From: a candidate division WOR-3 bacterium | GTDB taxonomy: Bacteria; Hydrothermota; Hydrothermia; WGAB01 | DNA length: 64,000 bases | Reading direction: 5' to 3' | NCBI GenBank assembly: GCA_015490555.1 | Contig: WFXO01000033.1 | Span: 898-64,897, forward strand | Shown: in pieces, positions 1-8,317 of the stretch | Position numbering within the stretch: the first letter of the stretch is position 1 | Layout of the letters: every line of letters starts with the position of its first letter | Translations under genes and position numbers: made by a program | The notes under the pieces: generated by a model | Database searches by the model: none | Told to the model about the DNA's origin: nothing | The model's input: the letters and a program-made list of their open reading frames with translations, nothing else

Positions 1-229
1 GGCCCGTCGCGGTCACCGCAATCCCCGCCGTGAAATCGAGGTATCGGTTGCCATCCACATCCCACAAATAGACCCCTTGCCCTCGTTCAATGACCGCAGG
101 GTAAGGACGCCAATAGGAGGGGGAGATGTACTTTTTGTCCTTTTCGATGAGCGCTTGGGCTTTCGGCCCGGGTGGGGTCACCACAATCTTCGGACCGTAT
201 TCTTCTTTGGTTTGCTCCGCGTCTTTCAT
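1..229 (-). CDS. Class III (omega) aminotransferase, N-terminal fragment. The gene runs off the window start.
   Basis: My minus-strand translation from ATG 229..227 gives MKDAEQTKEEYGPKIVVTPPGPKAQALIEKDKKYISPSYWRPYPAVIERGQGVYLWDVDGNRYLDFTAGIAVTATG. This is a typical class-III PLP aminotransferase N-terminus (GPKA..., YLDF..GIAV..GH). A GGAGG ribosome-binding site sits 8 nt upstream. It is missing from the ORF track because it has no stop inside the window. Confidence 0.6.
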   Translation of the reverse strand, partial: MKDAEQTKEEYGPKIVVTPPGPKAQALIEKDKKYISPSYWRPYPAVIERGQGVYLWDVDGNRYLDFTAGIAVTATG

Positions 230-501
230 GGGACTGAACCTCCGTTTTGAAGTTTGAGAAGAGCAAAATTATACTCCGATTACACTACAATCGGAACCAT
301 ACACATGGATCCATCAAAGATCGATACGAAATTTTGATTGTTCGTTTATTGGGAAGATCTACATCCAACATGGAAGGGTTGAACCACAACAAAGATCGCC
401 GCTAAAGCGGCTCCTACAAGAAATCTTGAAACGAGGCCCATCCCCTGGAACATGATGTAGGAGCGGCTTCAGCCGCGATAAAAACCGAGTTCAATTCCCC
501 T

Positions 502-1089
502 TTAGGAGTGAAGTGAACGGATCGGGGACTCCGGAGGTAGTTGGACCTCAAATACAGATCCGTCCTGGCGGGAGATCTGTTGGAAGACGTCCTCTGAGAG
601 AGGAACTCCCAGAACCCGCAGAAGGACCAGGTTCATCAAAAGATGGCCGACAATCACGGAATCCGGCAAGCAGGGCCACCAATCTCGGAAAAATGCACGG
701 GCGCGGGGTTCGGCATCTGCCGGGCTTTCGCCTCCCGGAGGCCGGGCATGATAAAAATCCCGACGCCACGCCTCAAAAAACTCTGGATATTCCAATTCCG
801 CGATCCCGGTGACATAGCCCTCCAATTCGCCCCTCCGGACTTCCCGGAGCCGATGGTCCACGACCATGGGAATGCCCAGGATCTGGGCAACGATCTCTGC
901 GGTTTCCCGGGCACGACGAAGGTCAGACGCAAAGATACGCCGGATCTCGTAAGACTTGAGCGTTTCTGCCAGGCGTTCGGCCTGTTGCCGACCTTGATCG
1001 GTGAGGGGAAGGTCCGTCCAGCCCTGGATCCGCTGTTGGAGGTTCCACTCAGTCTGGCCGTGTCGGGCGAGGAGTAAGATCCGGCGCAT
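502..1089 (-). CDS. Histidine phosphatase (phosphoglycerate-mutase-like) family protein
   Basis: Carries the RHG catalytic motif (LLLARHGQTEWN) and the downstream RRARETAEIV pattern of the PGAM/CobC-like branch. I placed the start at the internal MRRILLL (ATG at 1089), not at the ORF track's 1158. It overlaps the pyrD stop by about 40 nt. Confidence 0.7.
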   Translation of the reverse strand: MRRILLLARHGQTEWNLQQRIQGWTDLPLTDQGRQQAERLAETLKSYEIRRIFASDLRRARETAEIVAQILGIPMVVDHRLREVRRGELEGYVTGIAELEYPEFFEAWRRDFYHARPPGGESPADAEPRARAFFRDWWPCLPDSVIVGHLLMNLVLLRVLGVPLSEDVFQQISRQDGSVFEVQLPPESPIRSLHS

Positions 1090-1996
1090 GGGCAATTCCA
1101 ATGATCTCTGAGACCGAAGAGTACCCGTGCTCGTCCAGGTACTGCCGGATGCCCTCAATGATCTGGAACGGGGTCCGCGGGTCGATCATCGCGGCGGTTC
1201 CAATCTGGATGAGCGAGGCGCCGGCCATGAGAAACTGCAGGGCGATGTGGGTATTGGCAATCCCCCCGATGCCGACCACCGGGATCGAGACCGCCCTGGC
1301 GACCTCGCGCACACAGTAGAGGGCAAACGGGTAAATCGCCGGTCCCGAAAGGCCTCCATGGCCGAAGCCGGGCACATACGTCTGGCTTCGGAGATCGATG
1401 CTCGTTCCTAAGAGGGTATTGATCAGGGAAACGGCATCCGCGCCTCCCTGCTCTGCCGCCTTGGCTTCTTCCACGATGTCCACGAAGTTGGGAGTCAATT
1501 TGATCCAGAGGGGCTTTGAAGTCCTTTTGCGGATTTTTTGAACCAACTTCTCCAAGGCGCGGAGATCCCGCCCGAACTCCATCCCCCCTTTCTTTACATT
1601 GGGGCAGGAGACGTTGATTTCCAAAATATCCACCCCATCGGCGGCCTCGGCCTTTTCCGCCAGTTCCAGATACTCTTTTTCGGTTTCTCCGTTCAAGTTC
1701 ACCACGATCCGGGGACCGTTCAGTTCTCGGAGCAACGGGAGTTTCTGCTTTTCAAACGCATCCCAGCCGATATTCTCCAGGCCAATTGAATTCAAGAGCC
1801 CACATGGGGTTTCCTTCAGGCGAGGGGGTGGATTTCCTAAGCGAGGTTGCAAAGTGAGCCCCTTGGTACAGATGCCCCCGAGTGTTTCCACTGGGTAGGC
1901 CTCCGAGACCTCCAGCCCATAGCCAAAGGTCCCGGAGGCCACCAAAACCGGGTTTTGAAAGGTCAGTCCATGGATCTCAATGTGAAGATCTGCCAT
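1049..1996 (-). CDS. pyrD: Dihydroorotate dehydrogenase (class 1, PyrD)
   Basis: 315 aa with the class-1 DHOD signature throughout (NPVLVASGTFGYG, GLLNSIGLENIG, NVSCPN, TNTL, GGI..G). TIM-barrel length. Confidence 0.85.
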   Translation of the reverse strand: MADLHIEIHGLTFQNPVLVASGTFGYGLEVSEAYPVETLGGICTKGLTLQPRLGNPPPRLKETPCGLLNSIGLENIGWDAFEKQKLPLLRELNGPRIVVNLNGETEKEYLELAEKAEAADGVDILEINVSCPNVKKGGMEFGRDLRALEKLVQKIRKRTSKPLWIKLTPNFVDIVEEAKAAEQGGADAVSLINTLLGTSIDLRSQTYVPGFGHGGLSGPAIYPFALYCVREVARAVSIPVVGIGGIANTHIALQFLMAGASLIQIGTAAMIDPRTPFQIIEGIRQYLDEHGYSSVSEIIGIAHAPDLTPRPTRPD

Positions 1997-4280
1997 GGAA
2001 CGAGATGAACTTTAAGGTTTTGACGGTCTGACCCGCCTGTACACGCAGGAAATACACGCCGGAAGTTAGGGATTGAGGGATCCGGATCCGTGTTTTTCCA
2101 GGAGGGAACTGGCCCTGAAAGACGGTGGCAACACGCTGTCCTGTGATGTCGTAGAGGGTCACCGTGGCAGACGCGGATCGGTTCGTTGTAATCTCGAAGA
2201 CCTTGGGCTGAACCTGCCGAATGGAAAACTGTAAAGATGTGAAAGGCAAGTCGTAATGCCGCGGTTCCTCGACCTGGACCACGGCCACATCGCGTTCTAC
2301 GGTCACGTCATCTACATACCATCCATCTTCTGTGACCGATACGTCGGTGACCAAGAGGAATCGGATCCAGAGGGAATCCCCGACGAAGTTGGTCAGGTCA
2401 ATGGTATCCGGTTGCCATACCGTCTGGGTTCCCGTGTAGGTCGCTACCGTCTGCCAGTTGGTTGTGTCTGTGGAGACTTGGACATAGCCATAATCCCAGC
2501 CGTCCTCGATATCGTACTTGTGGTAAAAGATCAGACGGGCGAAAGTTGCGTCGGTGAGATCGATCGGATGGGCCAACCGGAGGTAGGTACTCACGTTGTT
2601 GTTGTAATTGCCGTACGGAGAATCCGTAGCGCTGGAGGGAGGAGAATGATAGGTTGTGGTACTCAGCCCCCACATCTGGTTGCCTCCGGTGATCCATTGG
2701 TCCATAGTCGTCAAGGAATCCTGGAAGACCACTTGAGGGGTGCCAACCAAGATGTGGATCGGGATGTCCACCTCGAAGTTTGAGGAAGGAGCGGAGAGGT
2801 GGAGCACCGCCTGGATCACGCCTCCCGAGGGAAATGGAGGGGCCACCGAGATCCGATAAGGATTGAGAGAGTTATCCACGGGTGGGGCCGGAAGGGGGTC
2901 CAGATCGCCAAAATCGGCTACCGAATCCAACAAAGTGAGGTACAGAGTGTCGCTCAGCCGGAGGGTGCCTTGGACCCCGGTGATCGGGGCGACGGGCGAA
3001 AGATCGCGCAGGGACACCACAATAGAAAGGGTGTCTCCGGGATCGAGTTCCGAAGAATCTCCTTGGTCGGTCACGGATAGAGAGACGAGGTCGGCAAAGG
3101 ACCCTGCGGCCTTCAAGACGTACAAGTTCATGGACAAATTCTCCTGGAACTGTTCCTGAATCGTGGACTCGTCGGGTTGCCAGAACGCCTCACCGACCTC
3201 GGGTGTAAACGCAAAAATCTTGGGTTTTTCCGTCTGTTCCCCGTACATCCAGTCGTCAGAACTTCCATTGACCGGGTAGAGCAGTTCCCAGGGGGTGCCA
3301 TATGTGTAGCCGTTGACGGCGGTCATGATCTGGGCCATGGCGACAAAGGCCTGGTGATCCGGCGTGTAGATATTGTCGTAGCCGTAGGGATAGATGAGGA
3401 GATTCGAATAAGAGTGGTAGTTCAGGGCAATGGTGGGCTGGATGCTATCGCAGAGTTCGCGGATGGCTTCGGTTTCAGGTTCGGAAAACGGGGCGGTGCC
3501 CCGATAGGTCTGATCGCCAGGATATGGGCTGGAGCCCCAATCGTCATAGGCCCACATGTACCCATAGTTTCGGTTGAGGTCCACCCCGTCATAGGAAGGA
3601 TCGAAATAGCCGTTATTGTTGTTGTCTCGTTTGTTTTTGCGCCAGTAGCCGTCGGAGCTAAACTCGTTATAAACATAGCCATCTGGATTCACAATTGGCA
3701 CAATCCAGAGTTCCCGGTTATCCACCAGCCAGGTAATGAGTGGGTCTGTGCCATAGTGAGAAAGAAGATACTTTGCAAATTCGATGGTAATGGTGCAGCC
3801 GATGGGTTCCCGGGCGTGGTGGACGCCGGTCAGAAGGACTGCAGGCTCCCCTTCATCCTGATCCGGATGATCGGAGATTTTCATGGCCCAGATGTCCCGG
3901 CCTTCGATGCTGAGGCCAATGGAGATTTTCTCCGTTGTCAGGTCGGGATACTGGGCATGGATGCTGTCCAACTGTGCGGTTGCCTCGGCATAGGTATAGT
4001 AGGGCCCAAAGTTGACCATGAGCCCCTCATCTCGCCAACGTTGGAAGGTCTGTTCAATGTCCGGATCCAGAATGACCGTTGTCCATCGAGACAAGTCCAC
4101 GGTTGGATCCACCAACGCGTCGATGTAGCCTTTGGGGCTCACGGCGGTAATGTCGGTTACTCCTGCCTTGAGAAGTTCCTGAATTTGGCTCTGGGGACGG
4201 TCCACGTAGATTCGGACCCACTGTTTTCCCTGGGCTCCGGTGACAAAGAGCGCCAGGATCCATACGACACGGTACATCAT
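1977..4280 (-). CDS. Secreted M14 zinc carboxypeptidase with T9SS C-terminal sorting domain
   Basis: N-terminal signal peptide MMYRVVWILALFVTGAQG. Zinc-binding HxxE motif (GVHHAREPIG) and HSYSNLLIYPYGY typical of M14 carboxypeptidases. The C-terminal roughly 80 aa (TLYDITGQRVATVF...GVYFLRVQAGQTVKTLKF) matches the Por secretion C-terminal-domain consensus. Confidence 0.8.
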   Translation of the reverse strand: MMYRVVWILALFVTGAQGKQWVRIYVDRPQSQIQELLKAGVTDITAVSPKGYIDALVDPTVDLSRWTTVILDPDIEQTFQRWRDEGLMVNFGPYYTYAEATAQLDSIHAQYPDLTTEKISIGLSIEGRDIWAMKISDHPDQDEGEPAVLLTGVHHAREPIGCTITIEFAKYLLSHYGTDPLITWLVDNRELWIVPIVNPDGYVYNEFSSDGYWRKNKRDNNNNGYFDPSYDGVDLNRNYGYMWAYDDWGSSPYPGDQTYRGTAPFSEPETEAIRELCDSIQPTIALNYHSYSNLLIYPYGYDNIYTPDHQAFVAMAQIMTAVNGYTYGTPWELLYPVNGSSDDWMYGEQTEKPKIFAFTPEVGEAFWQPDESTIQEQFQENLSMNLYVLKAAGSFADLVSLSVTDQGDSSELDPGDTLSIVVSLRDLSPVAPITGVQGTLRLSDTLYLTLLDSVADFGDLDPLPAPPVDNSLNPYRISVAPPFPSGGVIQAVLHLSAPSSNFEVDIPIHILVGTPQVVFQDSLTTMDQWITGGNQMWGLSTTTYHSPPSSATDSPYGNYNNNVSTYLRLAHPIDLTDATFARLIFYHKYDIEDGWDYGYVQVSTDTTNWQTVATYTGTQTVWQPDTIDLTNFVGDSLWIRFLLVTDVSVTEDGWYVDDVTVERDVAVVQVEEPRHYDLPFTSLQFSIRQVQPKVFEITTNRSASATVTLYDITGQRVATVFQGQFPPGKTRIRIPQSLTSGVYFLRVQAGQTVKTLKFISFHGRSSH

Positions 4281-4391
4281 CTTGCCTCCTCTGATCGCAT
4301 TGGGGGAAGACTTCTTTGGGAAGCCAACCTCCGGATTTCCACTGTCACGGTATAATTATAGGCCACGAAGCGGGAAAAGGAGGTCATTCTC

Positions 4392-5516
4392 ATGCATATA
4401 CCCCGAGTTTTGACAATTGCGGGCAGTGACTCTGGCGGCGGGGCCGGGATTCAAGCGGATCTGAAAACCTATACCGCCTTCGGAGTTTTTGGGATGTCTG
4501 CCATTACTTCGGTAACTGCACAGAACACCCAGGGCGTCCAGGGCATCCACGACCTGCCACCGGATTTTGTCGCGCTTCAGATTCGCTCCGTGTTGGAAGA
4601 CATCGGTACCGACGTGATCAAAACGGGGATGCTCTCCAACAGCGAGATCATCCACACGGTGGCTCAAGTGTTGCGGGAATACCCCCAGATCCCGGTGGTC
4701 GTGGACCCGGTCATGCGGGCGAAAGGTGGGGACCCCTTGTTGCGCCCGGACGCCCAAGACGCCCTGATCAAAGAGATCCTTCCCCTGGCCTTGGTCGTCA
4801 CCCCAAACCTCCCGGAAGCGGAGGCCTTGGTGGGCTTTGAAATTCGAAGTCTCTCCGATATGCGACGTGCCGCCAAGGCTATCAAAAACCTTGGCCCGAA
4901 AAATGTCCTCATCAAAGGGGGCCATCTGGAAGGGGACGAGGCCATTGACCTGCTTTTCGACGGCGTGACCTATCACGAGTTCCCTGCACCCAAGATTGAC
5001 ACACCGAACACCCACGGGACAGGCTGTACGTATGCCTCCGCCATTGCGGCGGCTTTGGCGCTGGGTCATGATCTCAAAGAGGCGATTTCAAAGGCCAAGG
5101 CCTACGTGACCGGGGCCATCCAGAATGCACTGCCTCTGGGCCATGGCCACGGCCCATTAAACCACATGTTCCGTTTTAAGCCGGGAACCATCGAGTTCGA
5201 TGCCTTCAGCCGACTGGACATCCGCGTTGGACGGGTCATCTCTGCTGAATATTTGCCGAAAGCCAAAATCCCCGCCATCGCCATGCGGATTGACTTCGGA
5301 GACCTCGGAGTAAAGACCTCCAGTGCTCAAATCACCCGCCGCTATCGACCGGAAGACCTCATCGGCCGTGAGGTGGTAGCGGTCACCAACTTCTCTCCCA
5401 AACGAATCGCGGGCTTCGTCTCGGAAGTCCTGGTCCTCGGAGCGATTCCTCAGGAAGGGGATGTAGTTCTCTTAAAACCTGATGAGGAGGTCCCCCCTGG
5501 CGCCCCTATCGGCTAA
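4392..5516 (+). CDS. thiD: Hydroxymethylpyrimidine/phosphomethylpyrimidine kinase ThiD fused to a C-terminal CsaA/Trbp111-type tRNA-binding domain
   Basis: Residues 1-265 are ThiD-like (VLTIAGSDSGGGAGIQADLKT, KTGML, GTGCTYASAIAA, GHGHGPLNH). Residues about 266-374 align end to end with B. subtilis CsaA / the EMAP-like tRNA-binding domain (LDIRVGRVISAE...IDFG...QSSAQIT.RY.PE.LI...V.AV.NF.P.RIAGF.SEVLVLG). It is one uninterrupted reading frame. Confidence 0.8.
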   Translation: MHIPRVLTIAGSDSGGGAGIQADLKTYTAFGVFGMSAITSVTAQNTQGVQGIHDLPPDFVALQIRSVLEDIGTDVIKTGMLSNSEIIHTVAQVLREYPQIPVVVDPVMRAKGGDPLLRPDAQDALIKEILPLALVVTPNLPEAEALVGFEIRSLSDMRRAAKAIKNLGPKNVLIKGGHLEGDEAIDLLFDGVTYHEFPAPKIDTPNTHGTGCTYASAIAAALALGHDLKEAISKAKAYVTGAIQNALPLGHGHGPLNHMFRFKPGTIEFDAFSRLDIRVGRVISAEYLPKAKIPAIAMRIDFGDLGVKTSSAQITRRYRPEDLIGREVVAVTNFSPKRIAGFVSEVLVLGAIPQEGDVVLLKPDEEVPPGAPIG

Positions 5517-6577
5517 GTAGGCTCCACTTTCAAAATATCCCCCTCCCGATGGAAGATCGCTCCCAGGAACTTCTGGACCAGCCAGAGATGGGTCTGGGTG
5601 TGAGAGGTCAAGTGTGTCATCCGCACACGCCCTCCCCGCAGGGCCAGAAGAAGCACCAGATTGTCTTGAAGGTGAGAGTCCACAGCGTCAGGTGACTGTA
5701 GAAAATCTCGAAACTCGGTAGCTAACTTTTGTCCCACTCGTTCTGCGGGCACCCCTTTTCGGCAGAGGAGATCGACCCCGGCCCGATGGGTCCCAAAGTC
5801 CGCCACAGCAACGGCGGTGCATCCTGGAGACCGTGAATCTTCGTAACCACCCTGATACGTTACCGACCACTGCTTTTGATGCCAACTTTTCTCGAACCCT
5901 TTCCGAATCCGTTCATAAACTTGTCGGTCTTGCAGAGCGCGTGAGACCGTGATCCACACATCGAGACGAAGTGTTGGACCTTTCTTCTGGAGATCAAGGG
6001 CGCCTAGTTCCGAACGAATAGTTGCCAAAAACGTTTGGAAATCTGGGAACAGGGAACGGCGGAACCGGGGCATTACCCGGATCTCGACGTCACCGCCCCC
6101 GGGTGGGTAATACCCGCGTCTACGACATCGGACCTCCAGCCTTTGGACGAGGGGTCGGAAATAGGGAACCAATACATGCACGAAATAATCCCAGGTCATA
6201 GACATGGGGACGTCGGTCCCGCCACGGATCCGAAGATGGACCGGCTGGTCTGCAAAAAGACTGACCGGAAGCAGGGTTTGTAAGAACAATGGGATCGATC
6301 CTGCTGTTTGAAAGTCTACGTAAACGGTGCCCCCTCGGATGGGACCAGGTGTGAACTCGATTTCCAGGCTCCCCAATCGATCCCCTTGGATGTGGGAATC
6401 TGTGATTTGGCGGAGGGCACGAAGGATAAAAAGGTGTTGGGTTTTGAGCCCCGGCTTTTTGCGTCCTTTGCGGATATTTACCACACGGATCGGTCGGCCC
6501 GTGAGGAGGCTCAGGACCAGTGCGGTCCGGACAATCTGGCCACCCCCTTCCCCGTAGGAGCCATCAATGGTCAACAT
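5513..6577 (-). CDS. rtcA: RNA 3'-terminal phosphate cyclase
   Basis: MLTIDGSYGEGGGQIVRTALVLSLLTGRPIRVVNIR is the RtcA N-terminal signature. The ORF track extends to 6649, but the conserved start is the internal MLTIDG. It overlaps the thiD stop convergently by 4 nt. Confidence 0.8.
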   Translation of the reverse strand: MLTIDGSYGEGGGQIVRTALVLSLLTGRPIRVVNIRKGRKKPGLKTQHLFILRALRQITDSHIQGDRLGSLEIEFTPGPIRGGTVYVDFQTAGSIPLFLQTLLPVSLFADQPVHLRIRGGTDVPMSMTWDYFVHVLVPYFRPLVQRLEVRCRRRGYYPPGGGDVEIRVMPRFRRSLFPDFQTFLATIRSELGALDLQKKGPTLRLDVWITVSRALQDRQVYERIRKGFEKSWHQKQWSVTYQGGYEDSRSPGCTAVAVADFGTHRAGVDLLCRKGVPAERVGQKLATEFRDFLQSPDAVDSHLQDNLVLLLALRGGRVRMTHLTSHTQTHLWLVQKFLGAIFHREGDILKVEPT

Positions 6578-7322
6578 TGGGCAACGGAAGCACCCGAAGT
6601 CGTCCCACCTGCAACAAAGGCACAATGATTTGATGGTTTTCCGCGTCAAAGACGAGGTCTGCAGGGGTGATCAGACCTCCGGCGAGGACCTGCTCTCCAC
6701 GGTCTCGAGACCAGAGCACAACGGTCCCAGATTGGAATCCGGAGACCACGAACGTCTTTCCGATTTTCCACAGACCGTCTCCCCCGTCGACCTGTTTGAA
6801 GGTGTAGAGTTTTTCAGGCTGCCCGTGGACGACCCGGTAGAGTTCTGCGGGTTTGGTAAACGTCACAAAATACAGGGTGTCCTTGTCGAAAAATACACCG
6901 TTCGGGCGGTCGGCATCACACAAAATACGGATTTCTTTGTTGGGGAGAATTTGGAAGATCTTCTCTCGGAAGGTGTCCGAAACATAAAGGGTACCGTCTG
7001 GTGCGGCGGTGATATCGTTTAAAAATTGAGGGGGTTCTGGAAAGTCTTTGGGGCCCACATATATTTCCGCTTTCCAGGTTGAGCGATGGACACGCCAGAT
7101 ACGGTCGACGTCTGTCACGAAGATCCAGGATTGGTAAGCAGCCAGGCCTTTAGGATCGCGGAGTCCGGTCACGACGACCTTCTGGGAACTATCGGTCACC
7201 ATCACCAGGGTGCCATCGTTTTGATTGAACTCCCCGATCGAAGATACGATGGCCCGGTGATCCCCTAAGGGAAGAATACTCTCTGGATGCACCAGTGACA
7301 AAAGGAACAAGAGTCCGATCAT
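6564..7322 (-). CDS. Secreted beta-propeller protein (SMP-30/gluconolactonase/LRE-like or NHL-repeat family)
   Basis: Signal peptide MIGLLFLLSLVHP, then repeated about 40-aa beta-rich units with the LYV.D/ .G.LYF pattern typical of six-bladed propellers. I preferred the internal ATG to the ORF start at 7367. Confidence 0.5.
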   Translation of the reverse strand: MIGLLFLLSLVHPESILPLGDHRAIVSSIGEFNQNDGTLVMVTDSSQKVVVTGLRDPKGLAAYQSWIFVTDVDRIWRVHRSTWKAEIYVGPKDFPEPPQFLNDITAAPDGTLYVSDTFREKIFQILPNKEIRILCDADRPNGVFFDKDTLYFVTFTKPAELYRVVHGQPEKLYTFKQVDGGDGLWKIGKTFVVSGFQSGTVVLWSRDRGEQVLAGGLITPADLVFDAENHQIIVPLLQVGRLRVLPLPNVDH

Positions 7323-7466
7323 GGCGTGCCTCCTTGACGTAGTAATTTTAAACGCATGGTAGAGCACCGGGAAACTCCCCCACTGGTCTTATATTTGATT
7401 CTCTTCGTTGTTTCCTCGAAAATTTAGCCGTTCCAAGGAGGGTCCAAAAACGAAAAAAAGGAGGAA

Positions 7467-8288
7467 ATGATGAAGAAGTGGTTCATGGTCTTGGCCATCG
7501 CAGGGGGTCTCTCAGCGCAGTCCCTAGAGGAAACCGCGGCAGGGGCAGTGAACACCCTTGCTCCTTCGTTGAATCCTTTACTCGTAGGAGAGCACTTGGC
7601 AACGGCGAATACGTTAGGCAGTTTACCTCATCTTCGGGTTGGGATCGGTGTCAACTTTGCAAAGGCCACCTTCCAGAATCCAGCGGCGAACGATTCCATT
7701 GAGGCTTGGGTCCCCTTCCCCTTCCTGATGGCCGACGTTGGGGTTTTCCCCGGTCTCTCTCTCACACCTTTAATCACGGGGGTTGGAAGCATTGACCTCA
7801 TTGGAAAGTTTTCGGTATTCCCTGGGTTAGAAAATGCGTCCGAGTACATCAAGAACGTCCCGGCTTTTTGGGCAATTGGAGCCCGGATCGGGTTATTGAA
7901 GGACCATTTATGGTCTCCGGCTGCTGCAATCACGGTGATTTACGGAAACTTTTCTCCGTTTGAGTTGCAGGGTGGAACCCCAGAGGGCGACAGTGTGTAT
8001 TTGCGGGCCGGGTTCAACGCTACGGGGTTGTATCTTCAAGTCTCTAAGAACGTCCTGGTGTTTACTCCGTACCTCAGTCTTGGATGGGTCAAAGGCACCC
8101 CTTCTGCAGAGTACAAAACACCGGCAGATGAAAATTACATTTCCTTATCTGGGATCGAGTCCGTTTCTGAATTTCGTACACTTCTGGGGGTCGAACTCTC
8201 GCCCATCCCTTTCATCAAGGCCTATGGTGAGGTGATGTTTGTAAACAATCAAACCATGTTTTCTGTGGGGCTACGGGGCGGGATTTAG
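7467..8288 (+). CDS. Hypothetical secreted or outer-membrane protein
   Basis: AGGAGG ribosome-binding site. Signal peptide MMKKWFMVLAIAGGLSAQS. Beta-rich composition with alternating hydrophobic residues, ending in RGGI. No recognised catalytic motif. Confidence 0.5.
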   Translation: MMKKWFMVLAIAGGLSAQSLEETAAGAVNTLAPSLNPLLVGEHLATANTLGSLPHLRVGIGVNFAKATFQNPAANDSIEAWVPFPFLMADVGVFPGLSLTPLITGVGSIDLIGKFSVFPGLENASEYIKNVPAFWAIGARIGLLKDHLWSPAAAITVIYGNFSPFELQGGTPEGDSVYLRAGFNATGLYLQVSKNVLVFTPYLSLGWVKGTPSAEYKTPADENYISLSGIESVSEFRTLLGVELSPIPFIKAYGEVMFVNNQTMFSVGLRGGI

Positions 8289-8317
8289 TCCTGGCTCCAT
8301 AGGGGCGTCGGCCCTCT

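Noticed and set aside
470-500. tRNA-like T-loop string GAGTTCAATTCCC
   Set aside because: No flanking 5-bp T-stem, no acceptor or D-arm complement. Not a tRNA.
3177-4355. 392-aa ORF on the plus strand
   Set aside because: It is antisense to the well-supported M14 carboxypeptidase gene. The sequence is low-complexity Gly/Val/Arg-rich. Long antisense ORFs are expected at this GC content.
4356-5069. 237-aa ORF on the minus strand
   Set aside because: Antisense to thiD. It has no ribosome-binding site and an Arg/Gly-rich composition.
8289-8317. Possible c-di-AMP (ydaO) riboswitch ahead of ktrB
   Set aside because: The gap is only 29 nt, far too short for the roughly 130-nt aptamer.
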